Shown here: in pieces, positions 11,086 through 20,401 of the stretch
Layout of the letters: every line of letters starts with the position of its first letter
Numbering within the stretch: the first letter of the stretch is position 1
Origin: Hyphomicrobiales bacterium
Lineage (GTDB): Bacteria; Pseudomonadota; Alphaproteobacteria; Rhizobiales; Methylopilaceae
Length of the DNA: 64,000 nucleotides
NCBI GenBank assembly: GCA_035547055.1
Contig: DASZVN010000057.1
Span: 25,975 to 89,974, forward strand
Reading direction: 5' to 3'
The notes under the pieces: model-generated
What the model saw: only the letters and a program-made list of their open reading frames with translations
The model's database searches: none
What the model was told of the DNA's origin: nothing
Program-made: the position numbers and the translations under genes

Positions 11086-11328
11086 ATGGCGAAGAACGAT
11101 GCCGGGAGGGCGCTGGAGGAGCTGATGCAGCTCGCCGATCCGGCGACGCTGGAAGGGCTGTCGCGGCCCGAGCTCTACGCCACGATCAACAATTTCCTCC
11201 GCGTCATCGTCCGCCAGCAGAAGAAGCTCGACGAGCTGTCCACCGCCGTCGCCCGCTACGTCACCGAGCGCGACCGCGAGAAGCTGTCGCGCATCCTCGC
11301 CGACACCAAGCACCAGGGCTCGGCGTGA
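11086..11328 (+). CDS. hypothetical 80-aa protein (predicted helical) embedded between ruvB and ybgC
   Basis: ATG lies 7 nt after the ruvB stop. Its stop overlaps the ybgC GTG (GTGA). Composition is not Arg/Pro-biased, unlike the GC-artefact ORFs. No family recognised. Confidence 0.55.
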   Translation: MAKNDAGRALEELMQLADPATLEGLSRPELYATINNFLRVIVRQQKKLDELSTAVARYVTERDREKLSRILADTKHQGSA

Positions 11329-11717
11329 ACGCCCATCGCCTCCCGGTGCGCGTCTACTGGGAGGACACCGACGCCGGCGGGCTGGTCTACCACGCGAGCT
11401 ATCTGCGCTTCCTCGAGCGCGGCCGCACCGAGCTGCTGCGCACGCTCGGTATCAGCCAGGGAAGCATGCTGGAGGCGACCGGCGCGGCATTCGTCGTCCG
11501 GCGCATGGCGATCGAGTTCCACCGTCCGGCGCGGCTCGACGACCTCCTCGCGGTCGAGACGGATGTGGAGCGGCTCAATCGCGCCTCGCTGGTGCTGAAC
11601 CAGGCGGTCCGCCGCGACGGCGAAACCCTGGTCGAAGCCGTCGTCACCTGCGCCTGCATCCGGGCCGGCAAGCCGGTGCGCCTGCCCGAGGCGCTGGCGG
11701 CAGCGCTGCGGGGCTAG
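11325..11717 (+). CDS. ybgC: YbgC/FadM family acyl-CoA thioesterase (tol-pal-associated type)
   Basis: VRVYWEDTDAGGLVYHASYLRFLERGRTE is the 4HBT hot-dog motif. 130 aa. Confidence 0.85.
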   Translation: MNAHRLPVRVYWEDTDAGGLVYHASYLRFLERGRTELLRTLGISQGSMLEATGAAFVVRRMAIEFHRPARLDDLLAVETDVERLNRASLVLNQAVRRDGETLVEAVVTCACIRAGKPVRLPEALAAALRG

Positions 11718-12328
11718 CGATCGCGGAAGGTGGCGCCTTCGTGGCGGAGCAGCCAGCGCTTGCGGTGGAGACCGCCGCCATAGCCGGTGAGCGAGCCGTC
11801 GGCGCCGATGACGCGGTGGCACGGCACCACCACGGCGACCGGGTTCGACCCGTTGGCGAGGCCGACCGCGCGGGCGGCGCCGACGGGCATGCCGAGACGC
11901 TGCGCCAGCGCCCCATAGCTCAGCGTGCGGCCGGAGGGGATGGTCTGGAGCATCGTCCATACCCGGCGCTGGAACAGCGAGCCGGCGGTGGCCCAGGGCA
12001 GCTCCAGGATGTCGTCCGGATCGCCGGCGCCGGCGAAATAGGCGGCAAGCGTGCGGCGCATCGCGGCCGGGGCCTCGCCGGTCTCGACGGGGAGGGCGCC
12101 GTAGTGGTCGCCGAGCAGGCGGCGCAGGCGGGGGTCGTAGTCGTCCCAGTCGAAGGCGCGCAGGCGGCCCTCCTCGTCGGTGACGAGGCGGGCCTCGCCG
12201 ATCGGCGTCGCGAGGCTGTCGATCAGGAGGCGCGCCGGCACCGAGGCTTCCGCGACCGGCCGCTCGGGCAGCAATCCGGCGCCGGGCAGGCTGTCGGGAA
12301 ACAGATCGGCGGTGGCGGCGAGCGTCAT
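11714..12328 (-). CDS. ogt: methylated-DNA--protein-cysteine methyltransferase
   Basis: Active site VVPCHRVIGADGSLTGYGGGL (PCHR). Confidence 0.9.
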   Translation of the reverse strand: MTLAATADLFPDSLPGAGLLPERPVAEASVPARLLIDSLATPIGEARLVTDEEGRLRAFDWDDYDPRLRRLLGDHYGALPVETGEAPAAMRRTLAAYFAGAGDPDDILELPWATAGSLFQRRVWTMLQTIPSGRTLSYGALAQRLGMPVGAARAVGLANGSNPVAVVVPCHRVIGADGSLTGYGGGLHRKRWLLRHEGATFRDR

Positions 12329-12444
12329 GGCGGCCTCGGGGTATCGAATCGCGTTGGGGTGGACGCCGTGAATGCGCTATCCACCGCGACACCAAGTCTG
12401 GTGGTTGGCCTCGCCCCTGTCCATCCCGGGGCGGGAATGCAGGA

Positions 12445-13365
12445 GTGACCATGCAGGAGTTCGACCTCGTCATCGTCGGCGCCGGCGTTGCCGGCCTGAC
12501 CGCGGCGACGACCGCCGGCCGTTTCGGCCTCCGCACCGCCGTCGTCGACCGGCTCGGCGCCGGCGGCCAGATCGTCAATGCCGAGCGGATCGAGAACCTG
12601 CCGGGCCTGGCCGAGGGCATCGGCGGCTTCGAGCTTGGCCCGCTGCTCCAGGAGCAGGCCGAGGCCGCCGGCGCGGCTTTTCTTCTCGACGATATCGAGG
12701 CGATCGAAGCGGACGGGGCGGCCTGGGTCGTGCGCGGCACGGAGGACAGCCTGAAGGCGCCGGCGGTGATCCTCGCCACGGGCTCGCAGCCGCGGACGCT
12801 CGGCGTTCCGGGGGAGGAGGAGTTCCGCGGCCGAGGCGTCTCGCACTGCGCGACCTGCGACGGCCCGCTGTTCGCGGGCAAGACGGTCGCGGTGGTGGGC
12901 GGCGGCGACGCCGCCCTCGACGAGGCGGCGGTGCTGGCCGCCCATGCCGCGACGGTGACGGTCTATCTCCGCGCCGAGGCGCCGCGGGCCCAGGCGATCC
13001 TGCGCCAGCAGGCGGGCGAGCGGGCGAACCTCACGCTGGTCGGCGGGGCCACGGTCGAGGCCATTACCGGCGGCGATGGCGTCGCCGCCATCCGTGTGCG
13101 CCGGGACGGCGCGGTGCAGGAGGTGCCGGTCGAGGGCGTGTTCGTCTATATCGGGACCGAGCCGGAGACAGGCTTCCTCCGCGGCGTGGTCGATCTCGAC
13201 CCGGCGGGCCATGTCGCGACCGACATCCTGATGCGGACCTCGCGGCCCGGCCTGTTCGCCGCCGGCGACGTCCGCCAGCACTCCGTCGCGCTCCTTCCGG
13301 CAGTCGCCGGCGACGGCGCGACGGCCGCCATTTCCGCCTTCCGCCACCTCCGCGGCGGGCGATGA
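12445..13365 (+). CDS. thioredoxin-disulfide reductase family FAD-dependent oxidoreductase (TrxB-like)
   Basis: FDLVIVGAGVAGLTAA (FAD), redox CATCDG, second GGGDAALDEA (NADPH). AGGAG lies 5 nt upstream of the ATG. Confidence 0.8.
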   Translation: MTMQEFDLVIVGAGVAGLTAATTAGRFGLRTAVVDRLGAGGQIVNAERIENLPGLAEGIGGFELGPLLQEQAEAAGAAFLLDDIEAIEADGAAWVVRGTEDSLKAPAVILATGSQPRTLGVPGEEEFRGRGVSHCATCDGPLFAGKTVAVVGGGDAALDEAAVLAAHAATVTVYLRAEAPRAQAILRQQAGERANLTLVGGATVEAITGGDGVAAIRVRRDGAVQEVPVEGVFVYIGTEPETGFLRGVVDLDPAGHVATDILMRTSRPGLFAAGDVRQHSVALLPAVAGDGATAAISAFRHLRGGR

Positions 13366-14633
13366 AGGCGGCCGACGTCATCTTTCGTAGGGTGGGCAAG
13401 CATCGCTTGCCCACCCTACGAGGCCTTCGCCTCCTCGCCCTTGCTGCGTTGCTGCTCCTGGCACTGCCGCCGACGGCGTCCGCTGAGGATTTCCAGGCCT
13501 TCCTCCAATCGCTGTGGCCCGAGGCGCAGGCGCTGGGCGTCTCGCGCGAGACCTTCGGCGCCGCCACCCGCGACCTCCAGCCCGACCTGTCGCTGCCCGA
13601 CCTCGTGCTGCCGGGGCGTCCGGCGCGTCCGGCGCGACAGGCCGAGTTCGCGCAGCTTCCCGGCGCCTATGTCTCCGAGAGCGTCGTCGCCCGCCTTGCG
13701 GCGCAGGGCAGGGCGGTCGCCGCCGCGGACCGGGCGACCCTCGCCGCGATCGAGCGCCGCTTCGGCGTGCCGCCCGCGGTGCTGCTCGCGATCTGGGGCC
13801 GCGAGACCAATTTCGGCCGTGCCAGGCTGCCTTACGACGCGGTTCGCACGCTCGCGACCCAGGCCTGGGCCGGCCGGCGCAAGGAGCGTTTCCGGCGCGA
13901 GTTCGTGCTGGCGCTGAAGATGCTCCAGATGGGCGTCGCCCCCCGCGCCGAGATGAAGAGCTCCTGGGCCGGCGCGATGGGGCAGACCCAGTTCCTGCCG
14001 TCCGACTATCTGCGCGACGCGGTCGATTTCGACGGCGACGGCCGCGCCGACATCTGGCGCTCGGTGCCGGATGCACTGGCCTCGGCGGCGCGCCAGCTCG
14101 TCGACAAGGGCTGGCACATCGGCGGCGGCTGGGCCTGGGAGGTCCGCCCGCCGGCAGGCTTCGACTGCGCGGAGGCCGAGCCGGACGTGCGCCGTTCCGT
14201 CGGCGCCTGGATCGCCGCGGGCCTTAGGCCGATCGGAAGCCGCCAGCCGTCCGGCGGAGACGGCGAGGCGGCATCGGTGTTCCTGCCCGCCGGCACGCAC
14301 GGGCCGGCCTTCCTGACGCCGGCGAATTTCTACGTCTTCAAAGCCTATAACTTCTCCGACCTCTACGCCCTGTTCGTCGGTCATCTCGCCGACCGGATCG
14401 GCGGGGCGGGACCGTTCGCGACACCCTGGGGCAAGGTCAGTCAGGCCGACGCGCAGGGGATCGCCTTCATGCAGCAGACGATGACCCGGGACGGCCTCTA
14501 CCACGACAAGATCGACGGCCGCGCCGGCCAGAAGACCAAGGCGGCGATCGGCGCCTGGCAGAAACGCCACGGCCTCGCCGTCGATTGCTGGCCATCGCCG
14601 GCCATCGCCGCCGCGATGAGGTCCGGCCGGTGA
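13362..14633 (+). CDS. lytic murein transglycosylase (MltB/SLT family 3) with C-terminal peptidoglycan-binding domain
   Basis: AIWGRETNFG and MGQTQFLPS motifs. The C-terminal YHDKIDGRAGQKTKAAIGAWQKRHGL is PG_binding_1-like. ATG overlaps the upstream stop (ATGA). Confidence 0.85.
   Translation: MKAADVIFRRVGKHRLPTLRGLRLLALAALLLLALPPTASAEDFQAFLQSLWPEAQALGVSRETFGAATRDLQPDLSLPDLVLPGRPARPARQAEFAQLPGAYVSESVVARLAAQGRAVAAADRATLAAIERRFGVPPAVLLAIWGRETNFGRARLPYDAVRTLATQAWAGRRKERFRREFVLALKMLQMGVAPRAEMKSSWAGAMGQTQFLPSDYLRDAVDFDGDGRADIWRSVPDALASAARQLVDKGWHIGGGWAWEVRPPAGFDCAEAEPDVRRSVGAWIAAGLRPIGSRQPSGGDGEAASVFLPAGTHGPAFLTPANFYVFKAYNFSDLYALFVGHLADRIGGAGPFATPWGKVSQADAQGIAFMQQTMTRDGLYHDKIDGRAGQKTKAAIGAWQKRHGLAVDCWPSPAIAAAMRSGR
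13386..13420. repeat. perfect 16-bp-stem palindrome (cgtagggtgggcaagc-atc-gcttgcccaccctacg) of the REP family, lying inside the 5' coding region of the transglycosylase gene
   Basis: Seen directly. Shares gtagggtgggca and gggcaagc/gcttgccc with the palindrome cluster at 26162-26230. Confidence 0.75.
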
Positions 14634-14692
14634 GCCCAGCGGCGAAATCGCCGCTGCCCCCGCCGCTCCCGATTGGCTAAGAAGGCGCGACT

Positions 14693-15202
14693 TTGCCGCA
14701 CGAGGCTCCGTTGAACCCGGCCTACACCCGCCCGCAGATCGCCGTGCACTGGCTGATCGTGGCCCTCGTCGCCCTCCAGTGGCTGACGAAGAACGCCATG
14801 CACGTGCTGTGGCACGCCATCACCGGCAGCGAGACCATCCCGATCGGGTTCGGCGACCAGGTTCGCCAGGCGCTGCATATGGCGAGCGGCCTGACCATCC
14901 TCTTCCTCGCGCTGATGCTGCTGTTCCTGCGCCGGCGCGACGGCACGCCGCCCCTGGCCGACCTGCCCGAGTGGGCCCGGAAGGCGGCGCTGTGGACGCA
15001 CCGCGGCTTCTATTTCGTCCTGATCGCGACCCCGATCTTCGGCACCATGGCCGCTGCCGGCATCGAGGCTGGAGCGCTGGCCCACGTCGTCCTGACCAAG
15101 CTCCTGCTCGCGCTCGTCGGTCTGCACCTGCTCGGCGCGCTCTGGCACCTCGCGATCCGCCGCGACGGCATCGTCCGCGGCATGATCGTGCCGCGGGGCT
15201 AG
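14693..15202 (+). CDS. cytochrome b561 family protein (PF01292-like)
   Basis: Four predicted TM helices with conserved His (HWLIV..., HMASG..., HRGFY..., HLLGALWH). TTG start. Confidence 0.7.
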   Translation: MPHEAPLNPAYTRPQIAVHWLIVALVALQWLTKNAMHVLWHAITGSETIPIGFGDQVRQALHMASGLTILFLALMLLFLRRRDGTPPLADLPEWARKAALWTHRGFYFVLIATPIFGTMAAAGIEAGALAHVVLTKLLLALVGLHLLGALWHLAIRRDGIVRGMIVPRG

Positions 15203-15204
15203 CG

Positions 15205-15340
15205 CGGGCTCCCTCCGGCTCGCTGCCCTCGCCACCGCCCCCGTTCTGCAAGGGGGGAGGATCGAGCAGGCGCGAGGCGGATCCTCCTCCGTCGCAGACG
15301 GGGGAGGGGGACCATGCGAAGCATGGTGGAGGGGGCGAGC
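15205..15340. repeat. intergenic mosaic repeat, copy A, filling a convergent gene junction
   Basis: Cores ccctccggctcgctgccctcgccacc (15211-15236) and gggggaccatgcgaagcatggtggagggggcga (15306-15338) recur at 22961-22986 and 23084-23116. Confidence 0.8.
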
Positions 15341-15342
15341 GC

Positions 15343-16362
15343 TTAGGCGGCTTCCTTCTCCAGCGATGCCTGCCACTGGCCCTGGGCGGCGAGGCCGTTC
15401 ATGCGGGCGCGGTGGGCGAAGGCGCGCTGGCCCGCCGGCACGTTCTCGGCCTTGCCCGACCACGCCTTCTGCGGTGCCGCCTGGAGCGCACGGCCGTAGG
15501 AGAAGGTGAGGGGCCAGGGCAGGCCGCCGAGCCGGTTCATCGCGTCGAGATGGGCGGTCGCCTCCTCGTCGGACTGCCCGCCGGAGAGGAAGGCGATGCC
15601 CGGCACCGCCGCCGGCACGCAGCGCATCAGCACCTTCACCGTCCGCTCGGCGACCTCGCCGACGCCGGCCTGGGTCGGGCACTTCTTGCCGGCGACGATC
15701 ATGTTCGGCTTCAGGATCATGCCCTCGAGCATGATCCTGCTGTGGTACAGCTCCCAGAACACGTGGGTCAGCACCCACTGCGTGACCCGCTCGCAGGTCG
15801 CGATGTCGTGGCCGCCGTCCATCAGCACCTCGGGCTCGACGATCGGGACGATGCCGTTCTCCTGGCACAGCGCCGCGTAGCGCGCGAGCGCCTGGGCGTT
15901 GGCGTTGATCGCGGTGTAGCTCGGGATGCCCTGGCCGATGTCGATCACCGCGCGCCACTTGGCGAAGCGGGCGCCGCGCTCGCGATAGTCCTTCAGGCGC
16001 TCGCCGAGGCCGTCGAGCCCTTCGGTGATGGTCTCGCCCGGGCAGAAGGGCAGGGGCTTCGCGCCGAGATCGACCTTGATGCCGGGGATCGAGCCGGCGT
16101 CCTGGATGAGCTTCACCAGGGGCGTGCCGTCCTTGGCGTTCTGGCGGATGGTCTCGTCGTAGAGGATGACGCCGGAGATATTGTCCCGCATCGCGTCCTT
16201 GGTGCGGAACAGCATCTCGCGGTAGTCGCGCCGGCTCTCCTCGGTCGAGGCGACGCCGATGGCGTCGAAGCGCCGCTTGATCGTGCCGGCGCTTTCGTCC
16301 GCGGCGAGAATGCCCTTGCCCTTCGCGACCATGGCCTGGGCGATGTCTTCGAGCCGTTCCAT
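15343..16362 (-). CDS. fba: class I fructose-bisphosphate aldolase
   Basis: GKGILAADESAGTIKRRF and the Schiff-base Lys region (MLEGMILKPNM). ATG 16362 is preceded by AAGGAG. 339 aa. Confidence 0.9.
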   Translation of the reverse strand: MERLEDIAQAMVAKGKGILAADESAGTIKRRFDAIGVASTEESRRDYREMLFRTKDAMRDNISGVILYDETIRQNAKDGTPLVKLIQDAGSIPGIKVDLGAKPLPFCPGETITEGLDGLGERLKDYRERGARFAKWRAVIDIGQGIPSYTAINANAQALARYAALCQENGIVPIVEPEVLMDGGHDIATCERVTQWVLTHVFWELYHSRIMLEGMILKPNMIVAGKKCPTQAGVGEVAERTVKVLMRCVPAAVPGIAFLSGGQSDEEATAHLDAMNRLGGLPWPLTFSYGRALQAAPQKAWSGKAENVPAGQRAFAHRARMNGLAAQGQWQASLEKEAA

Positions 16363-16436
16363 CGTCCTCTCCTTCATCGTGGGTAACGTGGCGGGCGCGA
16401 TCCCGGCGGCCGCTGCACGGCGTTCGGGATCCGCCC

Positions 16437-17633
16437 CTAGCGGCGCAGCACCTCGACGCCCGGCAGCGCCTTGCCTTCGATCCATTCGAGGAAGGCGCCG
16501 CCGGCGGTCGAGACATAGGTCAGGTCGCCGGTCACACCCGCAGCCGCCAGCGCCGCGACCGTGTCGCCGCCGCCCGCGACCGAGACCAGGCGCCCGGCAC
16601 GGGTCTCGGCCGCCGCGGCGCGGGCGATCGCGACCGTCGCCCGATCGTAGGGCGGCACCTCGAAGGCACCGACCGGGCCGTTCCACATCAAGGTGCGGGC
16701 CGCCTTCAGGGCCTGCTCGATGAGGGTGACCGATTTCGGCCCGATGTCGAGGATCATCTCGTCGGAGTCGATCTCGTCGAGATCGGCGGTACGGTGCGGC
16801 ACGCCGCGCGCCAATTCGGTCGCGAGCTCCGCGTCGACCGGCAGGATAATGCGGCAGCCGGCGCGCTCGGCCTCGGCCAGGATGTCCTGGGCGGTGTCGA
16901 GCAATTCGCTCTCGTAGAGCGAGCGGCCGATCTCGACGCCGCCGGCGGCGAGGAAGGTGTTGGCCATCGCGCCGCCGATCGCCAGCGCCTGGACCTTCTT
17001 CACGAGGTTGCCGAGGAGGTCGAGCTTGGTCGAGACCTTGGCGCCGCCGACGATCGCGAGCACCGGCCGCTCGGGCCGCTCCAGCGCGCGCTCCAGATGG
17101 TCGAGCTCCCGCTCCATGCAGCGGCCGGCGAAGGCCGGCAGCAGGCGGGCGACGCCCTCGGTCGAGGCGTGGGCGCGGTGGGCCGCGGAGAAGGCGTCGT
17201 CGACATAGAGGTCGCCGAGCGCCGCCAGCCTCTTCGCGAAGGCCGGGTCGTTCTTCTCCTCCTCGGCGTGGAAGCGGGTGTTTTCGAGGAGGAGCACCTC
17301 GCCGTCCTTCAGCGCCGCAACCGCCTCTTCGGCGGGGGGGCCGACGCAGTCCGGCGCGAAGCCGACCGGCCGGCCGAGCCGCTCCGCCAACGGCGCCGCG
17401 AGCGGCCTCAGCGACAGCTTGGGATCGGGCCTGCCCTTGGGCCGGCCGAAATGCGCGAGCAGCACCACCCGCGCCCCCTTGTCGGCCAGCTCCCGGATGG
17501 TGGGCAGAACCGCGCGGATGCGGCTGTCGTCGCCGACCTCGCCGTCCTCCATGGGCACGTTGATGTCGACGCGGACGAGGACGCGCTTGCCGGCGACGTC
17601 GCCGATGTCGTCGAGGGTCTTGATGGCGGTCAT
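16437..17633 (-). CDS. pgk: phosphoglycerate kinase
   Basis: [34 protein letters not shown]. 398 aa. Confidence 0.95.
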   Translation of the reverse strand: MTAIKTLDDIGDVAGKRVLVRVDINVPMEDGEVGDDSRIRAVLPTIRELADKGARVVLLAHFGRPKGRPDPKLSLRPLAAPLAERLGRPVGFAPDCVGPPAEEAVAALKDGEVLLLENTRFHAEEEKNDPAFAKRLAALGDLYVDDAFSAAHRAHASTEGVARLLPAFAGRCMERELDHLERALERPERPVLAIVGGAKVSTKLDLLGNLVKKVQALAIGGAMANTFLAAGGVEIGRSLYESELLDTAQDILAEAERAGCRIILPVDAELATELARGVPHRTADLDEIDSDEMILDIGPKSVTLIEQALKAARTLMWNGPVGAFEVPPYDRATVAIARAAAAETRAGRLVSVAGGGDTVAALAAAGVTGDLTYVSTAGGAFLEWIEGKALPGVEVLRR

Positions 17634-17663
17634 CGTGGCCGCTCCGGCGCTAGCGCAGGGCGG

Positions 17664-18671
17664 TCACAGCAGCTTGCCCATCGCGACGGCCGTGTCCGCC
17701 ATGCGGTTGGAGAAGCCCCATTCGTTGTCGTACCAGCTCATCACCCGCACGAGATTGCCGTCGATCACCTTGGTGCCGTCGAGGGCGAAGCTCGACGAGG
17801 CCGGGTTGTGGTTGAAGTCGTGCGAGACCAGCGGCGCGTCGACGATCTCCAGGATGCCCTTCAGCTCCTGGCGCGCGGCCGCCTTCATCGCCTCGTTGAC
17901 CTCCTCCTTCGCCGCCTTGCGGGTGGTGACGACCTTGAGGTCGATCACCGAGACGTTCGGCGTCGGCACCCGGATCGAGACGCCGTCGAGCTTGCCGTTC
18001 AGCTCGGGCAGGACGAGGCCGACCGCCTTGGCCGCGCCGGTCGAGGTCGGGATGATCGAGGTTGCGGCCGAGCGGGCGCGGTAGAGGTCCTTGTGGAGCT
18101 GGTCGAGCGAGGGCTGGTCGTTGGTGTAGGAATGCACCGTCGTCATGAAGCCCTTCTCGATCCCGAAGCTGTCGTGCAGCACCTTGGCGACCGGCACCAG
18201 GCAGTTTGTGGTGCAGGAGGCGTTCGAGACGACGGTGTGCGCTGCCGTCAGCTTGTCGTGATTGACGCCGTAGACCACGGTCAGGTCGGCGCTGTCGGCC
18301 GGCGCCGAGATCAGCACGCGCTTCGCTCCGGCAGTCAGATGCGCCGATGCCTTCTCCTTCGAGGTGAAGATCCCGGTGCATTCGAGCGCGATCTCGACGC
18401 CCATCGCCTTGTGCGGCAGCTTCGCGGGATCGCGCTCGGCCGTGACCTTGATCGGCCCGGTGCCGCAGTCGATCGTGTCGCCCGCGACCTTGACCTCGTG
18501 CGGGAAGCGGCCGTGGTTGGAGTCGTAGCGGAGCAGGTGGGCGTTGGTCTCGACCGGGCCGAGGTCGTTGATCGACACCACCTCGATATCCCTGCGGCCG
18601 CTCTCCACGATGGCGCGCAGCACCAGCCGCCCGATGCGCCCGAACCCGTTGATCGCAACCCGAACCGCCAT
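17664..18671 (-). CDS. gap: type I glyceraldehyde-3-phosphate dehydrogenase
   Basis: INGFGRIGR, active site [18 protein letters not shown]. 335 aa. Confidence 0.95.
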   Translation of the reverse strand: MAVRVAINGFGRIGRLVLRAIVESGRRDIEVVSINDLGPVETNAHLLRYDSNHGRFPHEVKVAGDTIDCGTGPIKVTAERDPAKLPHKAMGVEIALECTGIFTSKEKASAHLTAGAKRVLISAPADSADLTVVYGVNHDKLTAAHTVVSNASCTTNCLVPVAKVLHDSFGIEKGFMTTVHSYTNDQPSLDQLHKDLYRARSAATSIIPTSTGAAKAVGLVLPELNGKLDGVSIRVPTPNVSVIDLKVVTTRKAAKEEVNEAMKAAARQELKGILEIVDAPLVSHDFNHNPASSSFALDGTKVIDGNLVRVMSWYDNEWGFSNRMADTAVAMGKLL

Positions 18672-18889
18672 GTCCGTCTCCTGATCCGACCCCTGGCGGC
18701 ACTCCTAACATCCGGCAGGCGGTCGAGGCGAGAGGTAGGGCGGCGGAGCCGCGCGCCCACCATCCGGGGGCCGCACCGCCGGTTGTGCAATCCGCCGTGA
18801 GGCAATTGACGGATATTCACATCGACCTCTAAACTTTCTGCTGCAAGCTGTTGCGTTCGATAGGGTTGGCGGCAGCGAGGTTGGGGGTC

Positions 18890-19189
18890 ATGGCGGAGCA
18901 GTCGGCGCTGCAGGCGGCACTGCAACGCCTGGAGGGCGCCCTCGCCGGGCTGGACGAGGCATCGGCTGCGCTGGCCGAGGCCGCGGAGGAGCCGGTGCGG
19001 CGCCATCGCGGCCAGGCGGTCATGGCCGCCGATCGGGCGCGGCTTGCCGAGGCGCTCGACGCCGCGACGGCCAGGGCGGAACGGCTGGAGCTCAGCCGCC
19101 GCGACGCCGCCCGGCGGCTCGACCAGGCCATCGAATCGGTGCGCAGCCTCCTCGACGAGGGCGGGGCGCGCAGCGGGGCCGAGCGATGA
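18890..19189 (+). CDS. DUF4164-like coiled-coil protein upstream of zapA
   Basis: Ala/Glu/Leu/Arg-rich helical protein. Its stop overlaps the zapA ATG (ATGA). Position matches the DUF4164-zapA pairing common in alphaproteobacteria. Confidence 0.6.
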   Translation: MAEQSALQAALQRLEGALAGLDEASAALAEAAEEPVRRHRGQAVMAADRARLAEALDAATARAERLELSRRDAARRLDQAIESVRSLLDEGGARSGAER

Positions 19190-19560
19190 GCGAGGTCAAC
19201 GTCACCATCGCCGGGCGCAGCTACCGGATGGCGTGCGAGGACGGCCAGGAGCAGCACCTGCGCGGCCTCGCCGACCTGGTCGACCAGCGCATCGCCGACA
19301 TGCGGGTGCGATTCGGCGAGATCGGCGACCTCCGCCTGACGGTCATGGGCGCGATCGTCGTCGCCGACGAGCTTGCCGAGGCGCGGCGGCGGCTTGCCGC
19401 GCTCGAAGGCGACGTTGCCGCGCTGCAGCAGGCAGACGGCGAGCGCGCGGCCGTGCTCGAGGCCGCCGCGTCGCGGATCGAGGCGATGGCCGCGCGCCTG
19501 CTCGCCCGGGCGGATGCGGTCGGAGGTGCTGGCGCCGGCGACGAGGCCGCCCTAGATTAG
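19186..19560 (+). CDS. zapA: cell division protein ZapA
   Basis: VNVTIAGRSYRMACEDGQEQHL... is the typical ZapA N-terminus, followed by a coiled-coil C-terminus. Confidence 0.85.
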   Translation: MSEVNVTIAGRSYRMACEDGQEQHLRGLADLVDQRIADMRVRFGEIGDLRLTVMGAIVVADELAEARRRLAALEGDVAALQQADGERAAVLEAAASRIEAMAARLLARADAVGGAGAGDEAALD

Positions 19561-19577
19561 GGGCGCGGACGCTGCGG

Positions 19578-19748
19578 GGTGCGTCAGGACGAATGTATCC
19601 CCGGGGCCTTATCGATCTTCCAGGGAGCTGTCCCTGACCCGGCTCGTGGGCCGGGCCACACGGCGCCCACCTACATAGGTAGGTGTCCCGGGATCGATGG
19701 TCCAACGGCCTTTGCGGCTCCGCACTCGATCAATGTCCCGGATGCGCC
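19578..19748 (+). ncRNA. ssrS: candidate 6S RNA
   Basis: 226-nt non-coding gap in the conserved zapA-ssrS-ygfA context. By hand, 19578-19599 pairs imperfectly with 19728-19748 (closing stem). 19609-19626 pairs with 19686-19700 (11+4 bp). An asymmetric internal loop lies between them, with apical hairpins at 19638-19655 and 19668-19685. Ends are approximate. Confidence 0.6.
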
Positions 19749-19786
19749 GGGGAGCGACGCCGCCGGGAGCCGGCGAGGACGAGGGG

Positions 19787-20401
19787 ATGGCGGAAAGCGC
19801 GGCCAGCGCGACCAAACCGGCCTTGCGCGCGGCAGCGCTGGCGCAGCGGATCGCGATCGGCGAAGCCGCTGCGTCCGCGGCGGCCCGGCACGCTGCCGAG
19901 CACGCGATCAACTGGCTCGGCGTCGTCGCGGGCCGTGCCGTCGCCCTCTACATGCCGGTCCGCGGCGAGCTCGACCCCGCGCCGCTCGGCGTCCGCCTGT
20001 CGGCGGCCGGTGCCCGCCTGCTGCTGCCGATGGTGATCGACCCCGACGGGCCGCTGGTGTTTCGGCTCTGGCTTCCGGACGATCCGCTCGAGTCGGGCTA
20101 CGGCCGCATTCCCGAGCCGCGCGCCGACGCGCCGATCATGCGGCCGGACATCGTGGTGGTGCCCCTCGCCGCGTTCGACCGGCGCTGCTACCGCATCGGC
20201 TACGGCCAGGGCCACTACGATCGCACCCTGCGGGCCCTGAGATCGGAGGGCGACATCGCGGCGATCGGCTACGCCTACGCCGCGCAAGAGGTCGAGCACG
20301 TCCCGGACGAGCCGCATGACCAGCCGCTCGATGCGGTCGCAACCGAACGCGAGCTGATCCTGCGCGACATGACGCCGGACATCGGCCTGCCGGCGGCCTG
20401 A
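19787..20401 (+). CDS. ygfA: 5-formyltetrahydrofolate cyclo-ligase
   Basis: VVPLAAFDRRCYRIGYGQGHYDRTL is the family C-terminal motif. ATG 19787 follows GAGGACGAGGGG. Confidence 0.85.
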   Translation: MAESAASATKPALRAAALAQRIAIGEAAASAAARHAAEHAINWLGVVAGRAVALYMPVRGELDPAPLGVRLSAAGARLLLPMVIDPDGPLVFRLWLPDDPLESGYGRIPEPRADAPIMRPDIVVVPLAAFDRRCYRIGYGQGHYDRTLRALRSEGDIAAIGYAYAAQEVEHVPDEPHDQPLDAVATERELILRDMTPDIGLPAA

